Positions 8,809 to 16,885 are shown, counted from the stretch's first letter. The stretch: 24,000 nucleotides of DNA from Enterovibrio baiacu (GCF_004120195.1 NZ_SCHN01000008.1:261973-285972), one strand, 5' to 3'. Notes: generated by a model not told the origin, from the sequence alone. Translations and numbers: made by a program.

Positions 8809-8825
8809 TTCCCTCGAAAAGCATC

Positions 8826-8853
8826 AAAGCCCGCGTCTCGCGGGCTTTTTTTT
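8826..8853 (+). terminator. Rho-independent terminator after the chitobiase gene
   Basis: AAAGCCCGCG-tct-CGCGGGCTTT followed by a run of 8 T. Confidence 0.88.
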
Positions 8854-8884
8854 GTCCAAATGGCTTTGGTGCGTTCAGTAGTGG

Positions 8885-8913
8885 TTGAGTAAATAGCCAC
8901 GATCGGGGATTAT
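8885..8913 (+). promoter_or_regulatory. Candidate sigma70 promoter for glnS
   Basis: TTGAGT-N17-GATTAT. The predicted start site near 8920 gives a leader of about 48 nt. This is a prediction from sequence only. Confidence 0.35.
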
Positions 8914-8929
8914 TGGGCGTTATTTTTAA

Positions 8930-8956
8930 GTTATGTCGAATTCGGTTCTTCCTACG
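8930..8956 (-). repeat. Degenerate copy of the fur Shine-Dalgarno/start region (partner 11154..11180, same strand)
   Basis: A base-by-base alignment at offset 2224 gives 22/27 identities, including the perfect 14-mer CGGTTCTTCCTACG (8943-8956 = 11167-11180). Read on the minus strand, the fur copy is CGTAGGAAGAACCGgATGtcaGATAAC and this copy is CGTAGGAAGAACCGaATTcgaCATAAC, so ATG has become ATT. Confidence 0.6.
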
Positions 8957-8967
8957 AGGTATTTTTG

Positions 8968-10638
8968 ATGAGTGAGTCTGAGGCTCGTCCAAGCAACTTT
9001 ATCCGTCAAATCATCGACAAAGATTTGGCGAATGGTGCTCATGCAACTGTTCACACGCGTTTCCCGCCTGAGCCAAATGGCTATTTGCACATTGGCCATG
9101 CGAAATCTATCTGCTTGAACTTCGGTATCGCGAAAGACTACCAGGGTCAGTGTAATCTTCGTTTTGACGACACCAACCCAGAAAAAGAAGATATCGAGTA
9201 CGTTGAATCCATCAAGAACGATGTGAATTGGTTGGGTTTCCAATGGGACGGCGAGGTTTGCTATTCATCTGATTACTTCGATCGCTTACACGGCTACGCT
9301 GTCGAGTTGATTGAAAAAGGCTTGGCATACGTTGAAGAGCTGAGCCCTGATGAAATCCGTGAATATCGTGGCACCTTGACGGCGCCGGGTAAGCACAGCC
9401 CATACCGTGACCGTAGTGTTGAAGAAAACATTGCGCTGTTCGAGAAAATGAAGAACGGTGGCTTTGAAGAAGGTAAAGCGTGTCTGCGTGCGAAAATCGA
9501 CATGGCATCACCGTTTATGGTGATGCGCGATCCGGTTATCTACCGCGTGCGTTTTGCTCACCACCACCAAACCGGTGACAAGTGGTGCATTTACCCAATG
9601 TACGATTTCACGCACTGTATTTCAGATGCGCTTGAAGGCATTACACATAGCTTGTGTACGCTGGAGTTCCAAGATAACCGTCGTCTTTACGATTGGGTAT
9701 TGGACAACATCACCATTGAGTGTCAACCACGTCAGTACGAGTTCAGTCGCCTGAATCTTGAGTACACCGTGATGTCTAAGCGTAAACTGAGCCAGCTTGT
9801 AAGCGAAAACTTGGTTAGCGGTTGGGATGACCCACGTATGCCAACCATTTCTGGTTTGCGTCGTCGTGGTTACACGCCTGCATCAATCCGTGAATTCTGT
9901 AAGCGCATTGGTGTGACGAAGCAAGACAACACCATTGAAATGAGTTCACTGGAATCTTGCGTACGTGATGACCTGAACGAAAACGCACCACGTGCAATGG
10001 CTGTACTTGATCCAGTTAAGCTAGTGATCGAAAACTACGCAGAAGGTGAGATTGAAACATTGATCGCACCGAATCACCCGAACAAGCCAGAAATGGGTGA
10101 GCGCGAAGTGCCATTTAGCCGTGAGATTTGGATTGAACGTGAAGACTTCCGCGAGGAAGCGAACAAGAAGTACAAGCGTCTTGTTCTAGGTAAAGAAGTT
10201 CGTCTGCGTAACGCTTACATGGTGAAAGCTGAGCGTTGTGAAAAAGATGAAGATGGCAACATCACCACAATCTTCTGTACCTATGATCCAGAAACCTTGG
10301 GTAAAGATCCTGCTGACGGGCGCAAGCCAAAAGGCGTGATCCACTGGGTATCTGCGGATGCAGGTGTAGAAGCGGAAGTGCGTTTGTACGACCGTTTGTT
10401 CACCATCGCAAACCCAGCTGGCGCAGATGATTTTGCAGCAACCATCAACCCTGAGTCACTGAGTGTGACCCGCGGTTATGTTGAGCCAAGCTTAAAAGCG
10501 GCAAGTGCAGAACAAGCGTTCCAGTTCGAGCGTATGGGTTACTTCTGTGTTGATCGTAAAGACAGCACGGCCGAAGCGTTGGTATTTAACCGTACCGTAG
10601 GTCTCCGCGATACTTGGGCGAAAATCGAAGCCAAGTAA
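8968..10638 (+). CDS. glnS: Glutamine--tRNA ligase
   Basis: The ATG at 8968 has a GAGG SD 8 nt upstream; the ORF-track start at 8965 is a TTG one codon earlier. [20 protein letters not shown] is nearly identical to the E. coli GlnS N-terminus. The class I motifs HIGH ([10 protein letters not shown]) and VMSKR are present. Confidence 0.97.
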   Translation: MSESEARPSNFIRQIIDKDLANGAHATVHTRFPPEPNGYLHIGHAKSICLNFGIAKDYQGQCNLRFDDTNPEKEDIEYVESIKNDVNWLGFQWDGEVCYSSDYFDRLHGYAVELIEKGLAYVEELSPDEIREYRGTLTAPGKHSPYRDRSVEENIALFEKMKNGGFEEGKACLRAKIDMASPFMVMRDPVIYRVRFAHHHQTGDKWCIYPMYDFTHCISDALEGITHSLCTLEFQDNRRLYDWVLDNITIECQPRQYEFSRLNLEYTVMSKRKLSQLVSENLVSGWDDPRMPTISGLRRRGYTPASIREFCKRIGVTKQDNTIEMSSLESCVRDDLNENAPRAMAVLDPVKLVIENYAEGEIETLIAPNHPNKPEMGEREVPFSREIWIEREDFREEANKKYKRLVLGKEVRLRNAYMVKAERCEKDEDGNITTIFCTYDPETLGKDPADGRKPKGVIHWVSADAGVEAEVRLYDRLFTIANPAGADDFAATINPESLSVTRGYVEPSLKAASAEQAFQFERMGYFCVDRKDSTAEALVFNRTVGLRDTWAKIEAK

Positions 10639-10663
10639 TTGAAACGCAGAGATTGACGATAAT

Positions 10664-10694
10664 AAAAAACCGGAGCTTAGGCTCCGGTTTTTTT
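10664..10694. terminator. Bidirectional intrinsic terminator between convergent glnS and fur
   Basis: AAAAAACCGGAGC-ttag-GCTCCGGTTTTTTT has an A-tract on one side and a T-tract on the other. Confidence 0.9.
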
Positions 10695-10715
10695 GTGTTC
10701 TTTTTTACGAAGGAA

Positions 10716-11165
10716 TTAAACTTCGTCGTTGTGAATGCTTGGATCGGCTTTGCAATCGCCCTCTAAGCAGTGGCCATAGAGGTACAAGCTGTGGTTGGTT
10801 AGACGCACATTGTATTGGGTAGCGATTTCGCGCTGGCGCTGTTCGATTGTTTCGTCAGTAAATTCGATCACTTTGCCACAATCCAAACAAACGAGATGGT
10901 CGTGGTGATGTTGAGTAGCGAGTTCGAATACGGACTTGCCGCCTTCAAAATGGTGACGAGTAACAATCCCTGCATCGTCGAATTGGTTTAATACGCGATA
11001 AACAGTAGCTAAGCCGATTTCTTCGCCAATATCAATAAGCTTCTTATAGAGGTCTTCGGCGCTGATGTGCTGACAGTCCGGCTGTTGCAAGACTTCTAAA
11101 ATCTTTAAGCGCGGCAGGGTGACTTTTAATCCTGCGTCTTTCAGTGCCTTGTTGTTATCTGACAT
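10716..11165 (-). CDS. fur: Ferric uptake regulator Fur
   Basis: 149 aa from ATG at 11165, with an AGGAAG SD 6 nt upstream. MSDNNKALKDAGLKVTLPRLKILEVLQQPDCQHISAEDLYKKLID... closely matches Vibrio and E. coli Fur, and the HHHDHLVCLDCG metal-site motifs are present. The 200-aa track ORF (to 11318, TTG start) is an in-frame upstream extension that I reject. Confidence 0.96.
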   Translation of the reverse strand: MSDNNKALKDAGLKVTLPRLKILEVLQQPDCQHISAEDLYKKLIDIGEEIGLATVYRVLNQFDDAGIVTRHHFEGGKSVFELATQHHHDHLVCLDCGKVIEFTDETIEQRQREIATQYNVRLTNHSLYLYGHCLEGDCKADPSIHNDEV

Positions 11166-11360
11166 CCGGTTCTTCCTACGTAATTGCGTTTTCCCTAAGT
11201 GTGAATGAGAACGGGAAAATTGATAAGTAGCGTAACAAATGTGATAAGCCGCCGCTAGTAGGATAGACCAAATATCTGACTTAATTGCTTGGTTTTGCGG
11301 CTTGTTGTCGAAATGCAAAAGTGGCAGGATAGGACTGGTTAGACCAGAAAGGGAAGTCTT

Positions 11361-11858
11361 GTGTACAAATTCTACAAACCACGGATTGTGAAATTCGCGC
11401 TAAATTGCTGGCCGCCCTTTTGGGGTGCAGGTATCAAAATACTGTCGATCAGCGATGATTTTCGCGCGACGCAAGTGAGATTGAAACTGCGCTGGTGGAA
11501 TAAAAATGCCAATCGTACTCAGTATGGTGGCAGCATATTTTCGATGACAGATCCGATATATGCCTTGATGCTGATGGGGATTTTGCGCGAAGAATATTTC
11601 GTGTGGGACAAAGAAGCGGATATTAATTTTATTAAACCAGGGGCATCAGCCTTGTTTGCTGATTTTGTCATTTCTGAAGATGCCATCACGTCGATAAAGC
11701 AGCAAACCGCCGGGGGAGATAAAGTCTTTCCCGAGTTTATTGTGAACGTGAAGAATGAAGAGGGTGACGTGGTAGCGCGGGTTCGTCGCGTGCTCTATGT
11801 CCGGAAAAAGCCAGACTATAGAAAAGAATCCGAAAACGCTGAAAATGTAGAGACATAA
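11361..11858 (+). CDS. DUF4442-like hotdog-fold protein (putative acyl-CoA thioesterase family)
   Basis: 165-aa ORF with a GTG start and an AAGGGAAG SD-like element upstream. The segment PPFWGAGIKILSISDDFRATQVRLKLRWWNKNANRTQYGGSIFSMTDPIYALMLM...VWDKEADINFIKPG matches my recollection of the DUF4442/YiiD-C-terminal hotdog family. The start codon is uncertain, and the assignment is from memory only. Confidence 0.55.
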   Translation: MYKFYKPRIVKFALNCWPPFWGAGIKILSISDDFRATQVRLKLRWWNKNANRTQYGGSIFSMTDPIYALMLMGILREEYFVWDKEADINFIKPGASALFADFVISEDAITSIKQQTAGGDKVFPEFIVNVKNEEGDVVARVRRVLYVRKKPDYRKESENAENVET

Positions 11859-11884
11859 AAAAACGCGCCATCGGCGCGTTTTTC
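11857..11884. terminator. Bidirectional intrinsic terminator between the DUF4442-like gene and fldA
   Basis: AAAAAAACGCGCC-atc-GGCGCGTTTTT. The A-tract overlaps the TAA stop at 11856-11858, and the fldA stop is at 11899. Confidence 0.88.
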
Positions 11885-11898
11885 TCACATGTTCTTGT

Positions 11899-12426
11899 TT
11901 AGCCTTCTAGCTCTGCAAGACACATTTCTTCGTGAATTTGCTTCACCCAGTTTTCAACGCGCTGAGCAGTAAGCTCTGGTTGACGGTCTTCATCAACACA
12001 CAGACCCACAAAGTGGTTGTCATCAACAAGTGCTTTAGATGCTTCAAACTCGTAACCTTCAGTTGGCCAGTGACCAATGATGGTGCCGCCTTTGGTTTCA
12101 ACGATGTCACGGATTGTGCCCATCGCATCACAGAAGTACTCTGCGTAGTCTTCTTGGTCACCACAGCCGAAAATCGCAACCAGCTTGGTTGAGAAATCTA
12201 CTTGCTCAAGTTCTGGGAAGAAATCATCCCAATCACACTGTGCTTCACCGTAGTACCATGTTGGGATACCAAGCAGCAGAAGGTCAAAGTTATCGATGTC
12301 TTCTTTGCTACTTTTAGCGATGTCCTGAACGTGGACCAGTTGTTTACCCAGTTGTTTTTGAATCATCTTGGCGATAGCTTCAGTGTTACCTGTATCGCTA
12401 CCAAAGAAGAGACCTACGCTCGCCAT
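11899..12426 (-). CDS. fldA: Flavodoxin FldA (long-chain)
   Basis: 175-aa ORF. It has the FMN-binding signature GLFFGSDTGNTEAIAK and is colinear with the 176-aa E. coli FldA. Confidence 0.96.
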   Translation of the reverse strand: MASVGLFFGSDTGNTEAIAKMIQKQLGKQLVHVQDIAKSSKEDIDNFDLLLLGIPTWYYGEAQCDWDDFFPELEQVDFSTKLVAIFGCGDQEDYAEYFCDAMGTIRDIVETKGGTIIGHWPTEGYEFEASKALVDDNHFVGLCVDEDRQPELTAQRVENWVKQIHEEMCLAELEG

Positions 12427-12492
12427 AATAGAGAGTACCTATTTTTTGTTAAGCGGGGTGCAATACACACAACCCCAAAATGTTAAGTGTAG

Positions 12493-12511
12493 AAGAAGGC
12501 CGCGCCTTCTT
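12493..12511 (-). other. GC-rich hairpin downstream of the DUF2788-like gene (weak or partial terminator, no U-tract)
   Basis: AAGAAGGC-cgc-GCCTTCTT has an 8-bp stem. No T-run follows it on either strand, so it may attenuate rather than terminate read-through into fldA. Confidence 0.3.
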
Positions 12512-12560
12512 ACTGTCGGAAACGTTATTGCGCTTGAATTGGGTTTTGTTAGCGGCTTAA

Positions 12561-12782
12561 TCAGCCAATGCCTGATCCTTCCCAAAACAATTGGATGACG
12601 CCTTTAGTGATAAACCCTGCGCATCCAAGAAAAAGTACCAACCAAACGATACGTCGACCAAAAGGGGGTACATTTCCTTCGTTAAGTACGTCCTTGATTG
12701 CCATGCCGATAAAAAAGAAAATGCCTGCAAAAAGCAGATCCAGTCCAATCTTTTCGAGCAGTTCGAAATGCTCGTGCAGCAT
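12561..12782 (-). CDS. Small two-TM membrane protein, DUF2788-like
   Basis: 73-aa ORF with an ATG start and a strong GGAGG SD 7 nt upstream. It has two hydrophobic helices (IGLDLLFAGIFFFIGMAI and IVWLVLFLGCAGFITKGVIQLF). It occupies the slot between ybfF and fldA that holds ybfE in E. coli. The family name is from memory. Confidence 0.6.
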   Translation of the reverse strand: MLHEHFELLEKIGLDLLFAGIFFFIGMAIKDVLNEGNVPPFGRRIVWLVLFLGCAGFITKGVIQLFWEGSGIG

Positions 12783-12816
12783 TCCCGCCTCCGTTCGGAA
12801 CTATTATTCGTCGCGC

Positions 12817-12846
12817 ACTATATCACAACAAAGAGTGGACTGTTAA
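12817..12846 (-). promoter_or_regulatory. Candidate extended -10 promoter for the DUF2788-like gene
   Basis: On the minus strand: TTAACA-N18-TATAGT, with a TG one base upstream of the -10 hexamer (TGaTATAGT). The -35 element overlaps the ybfF stop codon. Confidence 0.4.
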
Positions 12847-13616
12847 CGCTCTGACTTTGTTAAAAAGCGAGTGATCACACGCGCAACCGTGTCCGGTTTT
12901 TCAGCGTGTAGCCAATGCCCTGTGCCGGTAACAACGTGCGCTTTTGCCTTTGGAAATTGGCGTTCAATGCTCTCGCGGTGCTCCGCAGAAATATAGTCAG
13001 ATTCCGCGCCCTTCAAAAACAGGGTTTTCTTGTCAAACACCCCATCCAGTGGCCAATCCGTGATGTCATCATAATTGGATTCTAATGCAGCAACATTGAA
13101 TCGCCAGTCGAAATATCCGTCTTCTTGTTTGGCGAGTGATTTTAGTAAAAACTGCCTAACACCGGGTTCTTTCACATGGAGAGATAATGTTTGTTCGGCT
13201 TCTTTTCTATTAGCAATCGGGTAAAGCATGGTGGCATTCAAACCCGCGAGTACCGCATCATGACGCCTTACAGGATATTTGACGGGAGCAATGTCCATCA
13301 CGACCAATTGATCAACAAGATCTGGGTGTGCAATTGCAAGGGCCATCGCGACCTTTCCGCCCATGGAGTGCCCGACGACAGAAACGCGATCAAGGCCTTG
13401 TTGAGCAATGAAATCCTTCACCGCACTTGCTTGCGAAGAGTAGGTAACATCGTTACTGCGCGGGGAGAGACCATGATTGGGAAGATCAATCTGATACACC
13501 TTGTAGTGATCCGCTAAAACACGGGCCAACCCACCTAAATTATCTAAACTGCCGAAAAGTCCGTGGATCAACAATAAAGGTTGTCCTTCTCCTTGGATCT
13601 TAAAGTTCAAAAACAC
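12843..13616 (-). CDS. ybfF: Alpha/beta-hydrolase esterase YbfF (acyl-CoA esterase)
   Basis: 257-aa ORF with a GTG start. LLLIHGLFGSLDNLGGLARVL and the nucleophile elbow GHSMGG are colinear with E. coli YbfF, and HWLHAEKPD lies near the C-terminus. Confidence 0.92.
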   Translation of the reverse strand: MFLNFKIQGEGQPLLLIHGLFGSLDNLGGLARVLADHYKVYQIDLPNHGLSPRSNDVTYSSQASAVKDFIAQQGLDRVSVVGHSMGGKVAMALAIAHPDLVDQLVVMDIAPVKYPVRRHDAVLAGLNATMLYPIANRKEAEQTLSLHVKEPGVRQFLLKSLAKQEDGYFDWRFNVAALESNYDDITDWPLDGVFDKKTLFLKGAESDYISAEHRESIERQFPKAKAHVVTGTGHWLHAEKPDTVARVITRFLTKSER

Positions 13617-13716
13617 GGTTGTTTTCTCTCAATATGAATTGTTTGCCGTAGAGTATACCTCTCTAACTCTGTATAATCGCCCCGTTGAATTGTAATTAGG
13701 ACACGATGATCAAACG

Positions 13717-14262
13717 ATGAAGACGATTGAGGTTGATGAAGAGCTATACCGGTACATTGCCAGCCAAACTCAACACATTGGTGAAAGCGCATCTGATATT
13801 CTGCGTCGACTACTAATGGCGCCACAGGTTGAGCAGCCTTCTGCTGCTGCGTTGGAAACAGCGTCAAGACCACAAGGTATTGTTGTTAGTAAAGATGCAG
13901 GCAAGAGCGACACCATCGATCGTGTTAAGGAAATGCGTTCGTTGTTGATCTCTGATGAATTTGCCGCGCAAGATAAAGCGATTGGTCGTTTTATGTTGGT
14001 GTTGTCGGCGCTGTATCGTATTGATGGGCAATCATTTTCAGAAGCAACTGCGCTGAAAGGCCGAACCCGTGTCTATTTCGCTGATAATGAGCAAACGCTA
14101 TTAGAAAGCGGAAAAACCACCAAACCAAAACATATTCCAAGCACGCCGTTTTGGGTGATTACTAACACCAATACGGGCCGTAAACGCCAGATGGTTGAGC
14201 AGTTAATGACCAAAATGGGCTTTGCTAACGACATTACCGAGAAGGTTGTCGGCGAAATCTAA
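13717..14262 (+). CDS. seqA: Replication initiation negative regulator SeqA
   Basis: 181-aa ORF. MKTIEVDEELYRYIASQTQHIGESASDILRRLL and the C-terminal TKPKHIPSTPFWVITNTNTGRKRQM are nearly identical to E. coli SeqA (181 aa). Confidence 0.97.
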   Translation: MKTIEVDEELYRYIASQTQHIGESASDILRRLLMAPQVEQPSAAALETASRPQGIVVSKDAGKSDTIDRVKEMRSLLISDEFAAQDKAIGRFMLVLSALYRIDGQSFSEATALKGRTRVYFADNEQTLLESGKTTKPKHIPSTPFWVITNTNTGRKRQMVEQLMTKMGFANDITEKVVGEI

Positions 14263-14332
14263 TGCTGGTGATTGCCATGCATTAACGTGAACGTGCGCTG
14301 TTTTTAGCATTGTTCAACGTAACGCGAATTTT

Positions 14333-14360
14333 TAGAGGCTTTGTCTTTGACGAGCCTCTA
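14333..14360 (+). other. Hairpin in the seqA-pgm spacer (possible attenuator; no U-tract)
   Basis: TAGAGGCT-12 nt-AGCCTCTA is a perfect 8-bp stem. It is followed by ACTCTATATAAC rather than a T-run. Confidence 0.35.
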
Positions 14361-14400
14361 ACTCTATATAACGACTCATTTCCTGAAAGGATGCGACTGT

Positions 14401-16047
14401 ATGACTAGCCGCGATCGTGCAGGGCAACGCGCTCAGCAGCAAGATCTCTACAATATTCCCCTTCTTGTCTCAAACTACTTCCAGCTAACGCCAGACCCGC
14501 AAAACGCTGATCACAACGTTGCATTTGGTACGTCAGGCCATCGTGGTTCAGCAGACAAGTCGACATTTAACCAACACCACATTTGGGCGATTGCACAAGC
14601 TGTTGCTGAAGTTCGCGCTGAAAATGGTGTGACGGGTCCGCTTTACGTGGGTAAAGATACGCACGCACTGTCGGAGCCTGCATTCTGTTCTTTGGTTGAA
14701 GTTCTGATTGCGAATGGCGTAAATGTGATTGCACAGGAAGCAGGCGGATATACGCCAACACCGGGTATTTCACACGCTATTCTTGTTCACAATATTGCGA
14801 ACAGCACACAGGCTGACGGCATCGTGATTACGCCATCTCACAACCCACCACAAGATGGGGGCATTAAATACAACCCTCCACATGGTGGACCGGCTGAAGG
14901 CGATATCACAAAAGCTATCGAGTCTCGTGCGAATGTGCTTATTGCCGAAGGGCTTGTAGGCGTTAAACGCATGGGTTATGCCGATGCGATCGCGAGTGAT
15001 CTCTTTGTTGAGCAAAACCTTGTGCCTGCTTACGTTGAAGACCTTAGCAATGTGATCGACATGGCGGCGATCAAACAAGCCAATTTACGTATTGGTGTCG
15101 ATCCATTGGGTGGCTCGGGCATCGATTATTGGAAGGCGATCACTGCGCACTACGATCTGGATATTACGCTGGTTAATGACGATGTTGATCCGTCATTCCG
15201 TTTTATGTCGTTGGACAAAGATGGCGCAATTCGCATGGACTGCTCATCGCCTTACGCGATGGCTGGCTTGCTCGCGTACAAAGATAACTACGACTTAGCG
15301 TTTGGTAACGATCCTGATTTCGATCGCCACGGCATTGTGACCCCAGCAGGCTTGATGAATCCAAATCATTACCTTGCTGTGTGTATCGATTATCTTTACC
15401 GCAATCGTCCAGATTGGACTTCAAACATTGCCGTTGGTAAGACGTTGGTCTCTAGCGCCATTATCGACAAAGTTGTTGCGAGCCTTGGCCGTGAACTTTG
15501 CGAAGTGCCTGTTGGCTTCAAATGGTTTGTTGATGGTCTATACAGCGGCAAGATCGGCTTTGGTGGCGAAGAAAGTGCAGGCGCATCTTTCTTGCGTAAA
15601 GACGGTACGCCATGGTGTACCGACAAAGACGGCATCTTATTGTGTTTGCTAGCGGCAGAAATTACCGCAGTGACCGGTAAAAACCCGCAGCAATACTACG
15701 ATGAACTGGCTGCAAAGTTTGGTGCATCTAGCTATAACCGTATTCAGGCTGTTGCGAATGGTCAGCAAAAAGCGGTCCTAAGCAAACTGTCTGCGGAAAT
15801 GGTGACGGCAGAGATGTTGGCGGGCGACCCAATTGTTGCGAAGTTGACGCATGCGCCGGGTAACGGTCAAGCCATTGGTGGCTTGAAAGTGACCACTGAG
15901 TTTGGTTGGTTTGCGGCACGCCCATCGGGCACAGAAGACGTTTACAAAATTTACTGCGAGAGCTTTAAAGGTGACGCGCACTTGCGTCTGATTGAAGAAG
16001 AAGCAGAAAAAATCGTGAGTGACGTGTTCGCAAACGCCGGGCTATAA
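14401..16047 (+). CDS. pgm: Phosphoglucomutase (alpha-D-glucose phosphate-specific)
   Basis: 548-aa ORF. It has FGTSGHRG, the phosphoserine loop [16 protein letters not shown] and GGEESAG, and is colinear with E. coli Pgm (546 aa). Confidence 0.97.
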   Translation: MTSRDRAGQRAQQQDLYNIPLLVSNYFQLTPDPQNADHNVAFGTSGHRGSADKSTFNQHHIWAIAQAVAEVRAENGVTGPLYVGKDTHALSEPAFCSLVEVLIANGVNVIAQEAGGYTPTPGISHAILVHNIANSTQADGIVITPSHNPPQDGGIKYNPPHGGPAEGDITKAIESRANVLIAEGLVGVKRMGYADAIASDLFVEQNLVPAYVEDLSNVIDMAAIKQANLRIGVDPLGGSGIDYWKAITAHYDLDITLVNDDVDPSFRFMSLDKDGAIRMDCSSPYAMAGLLAYKDNYDLAFGNDPDFDRHGIVTPAGLMNPNHYLAVCIDYLYRNRPDWTSNIAVGKTLVSSAIIDKVVASLGRELCEVPVGFKWFVDGLYSGKIGFGGEESAGASFLRKDGTPWCTDKDGILLCLLAAEITAVTGKNPQQYYDELAAKFGASSYNRIQAVANGQQKAVLSKLSAEMVTAEMLAGDPIVAKLTHAPGNGQAIGGLKVTTEFGWFAARPSGTEDVYKIYCESFKGDAHLRLIEEEAEKIVSDVFANAGL

Positions 16048-16064
16048 CCTGCACTAGACATGAC

Positions 16065-16095
16065 AAAGCCATCGCGAATTGCGGTGGCTTTTTTG
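16065..16095 (+). terminator. Rho-independent terminator after pgm
   Basis: AGCCATCGC-gaatt-GCGGTGGCT forms a 9-bp stem with one G-U pair, followed by TTTTTT. A weak A-tract upstream may give partial function for the convergent gene. Confidence 0.8.
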
Positions 16096-16117
16096 TTTCT
16101 ATCAATCGGCGAGCAGT

Positions 16118-16885
16118 TTACGCGTGCGCAGTAGGCCAATCGTCAGGAACAATGAACCAGTGTTTTCCTTCTTCGTCGAGCAGGTGCTGAGCGCGTTGAA
16201 AGGGCGTTTTCATGATGAAGGGTTCAAGCGCCGAGTGTTGAGGCGTTGCCATCCACTGATGTCGCTCCAGCTCGAAAAAACGTTTACCTGCCGGGCATTG
16301 GTTGGCCCAACACCAATACCCTGATATTGCATCCGGTTCGACGTTAGGGCTTTCCACGTTCTGTGCGTCTAAAAAGGGGTTTACGTACAATCGTCCTTGA
16401 ACCAACAATTTCTGCTTGCTCACATTTAAGTGAGGAAATTGCGACACAAAGGCATCTGATTGAGAAAGGGGGAGTTGGTGCCCTATCATCTTCTGGTATT
16501 TCTTGGCGAGGGTATCTTTGGCATTTGGCCCGTGCCACTCACCGTGATAGGCGAGGTAAAACTTTATCGCCACTTCCCAATGTTCTAATTCACCCTTCGC
16601 ATTTTTTACGATGAAATCAATGGCCCCGAGGGTTCTTCCGTTCTCATCAACTTGCAGTTCTTCTGCCACAATGTCGTACTCAGGATGCGCATTGAGCAGG
16701 GATTGAATTAACCATTGGTAGTAAAACCCGATACGTCTTCCGCCTTGGTATTGTGCCTGATGAGGGCGTTGCTCTAACTGCCAAAAGGCATTATCGACTT
16801 GAATGTCGCTGTTGATGCTGACCACACTGGGCGCGTTGAGTATCCATTCAATATCACGCTCGATTTGGTCGGGGTTGGAAAACAT
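16118..16885 (-). CDS. DUF1853-like protein of unknown function (possible PD-(D/E)XK-fold)
   Basis: 255-aa ORF with an ATG start and an AAGGA SD 9 nt upstream. The segment GRTLGAIDFIVKNAKGELEHWEVAIKFYLAY (D90...E104...K108) matches my recollection of the DUF1853 core motif (G-E-hDFhh....H-h-E-h-a-h-K-F-y). No other recognisable domain. Confidence 0.55.
   Translation of the reverse strand: MFSNPDQIERDIEWILNAPSVVSINSDIQVDNAFWQLEQRPHQAQYQGGRRIGFYYQWLIQSLLNAHPEYDIVAEELQVDENGRTLGAIDFIVKNAKGELEHWEVAIKFYLAYHGEWHGPNAKDTLAKKYQKMIGHQLPLSQSDAFVSQFPHLNVSKQKLLVQGRLYVNPFLDAQNVESPNVEPDAISGYWCWANQCPAGKRFFELERHQWMATPQHSALEPFIMKTPFQRAQHLLDEEGKHWFIVPDDWPTAHA

Noticed and set aside
8712-9243. Minus-strand ORFs (8712..8900, 8744..8992, 8926..9243) spanning the chitobiase terminator, the glnS promoter and the glnS 5' end
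   Set aside because: They run through a terminator hairpin and the conserved glnS N-terminus. The RRKNR peptide shared between 8744..8992 and the fur upstream frame simply reflects the DNA repeat reported as a finding, not a coding relationship.
10716-11318. 200-aa version of the fur ORF with a 51-codon N-terminal extension from a TTG start
   Set aside because: Fur orthologues begin at MSDNN, and a good AGGAAG SD precedes the ATG at 11165. The extension (MHFDNKPQNQAIKSDIW...) has no homology or SD. An open stretch of 51 codons is not improbable by chance. The region is better explained as the fur promoter and leader.
12368-12854. Plus-strand ORFs of 76-92 aa (12368..12598, 12568..12846, 12591..12854) and a second minus-strand ORF (12557..12748) around the DUF2788-like gene
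   Set aside because: They overlap the better-supported 73-aa minus-strand ORF, which has a GGAGG SD and two clean TM helices, or they overlap intergenic promoter DNA. No initiation signals are present.
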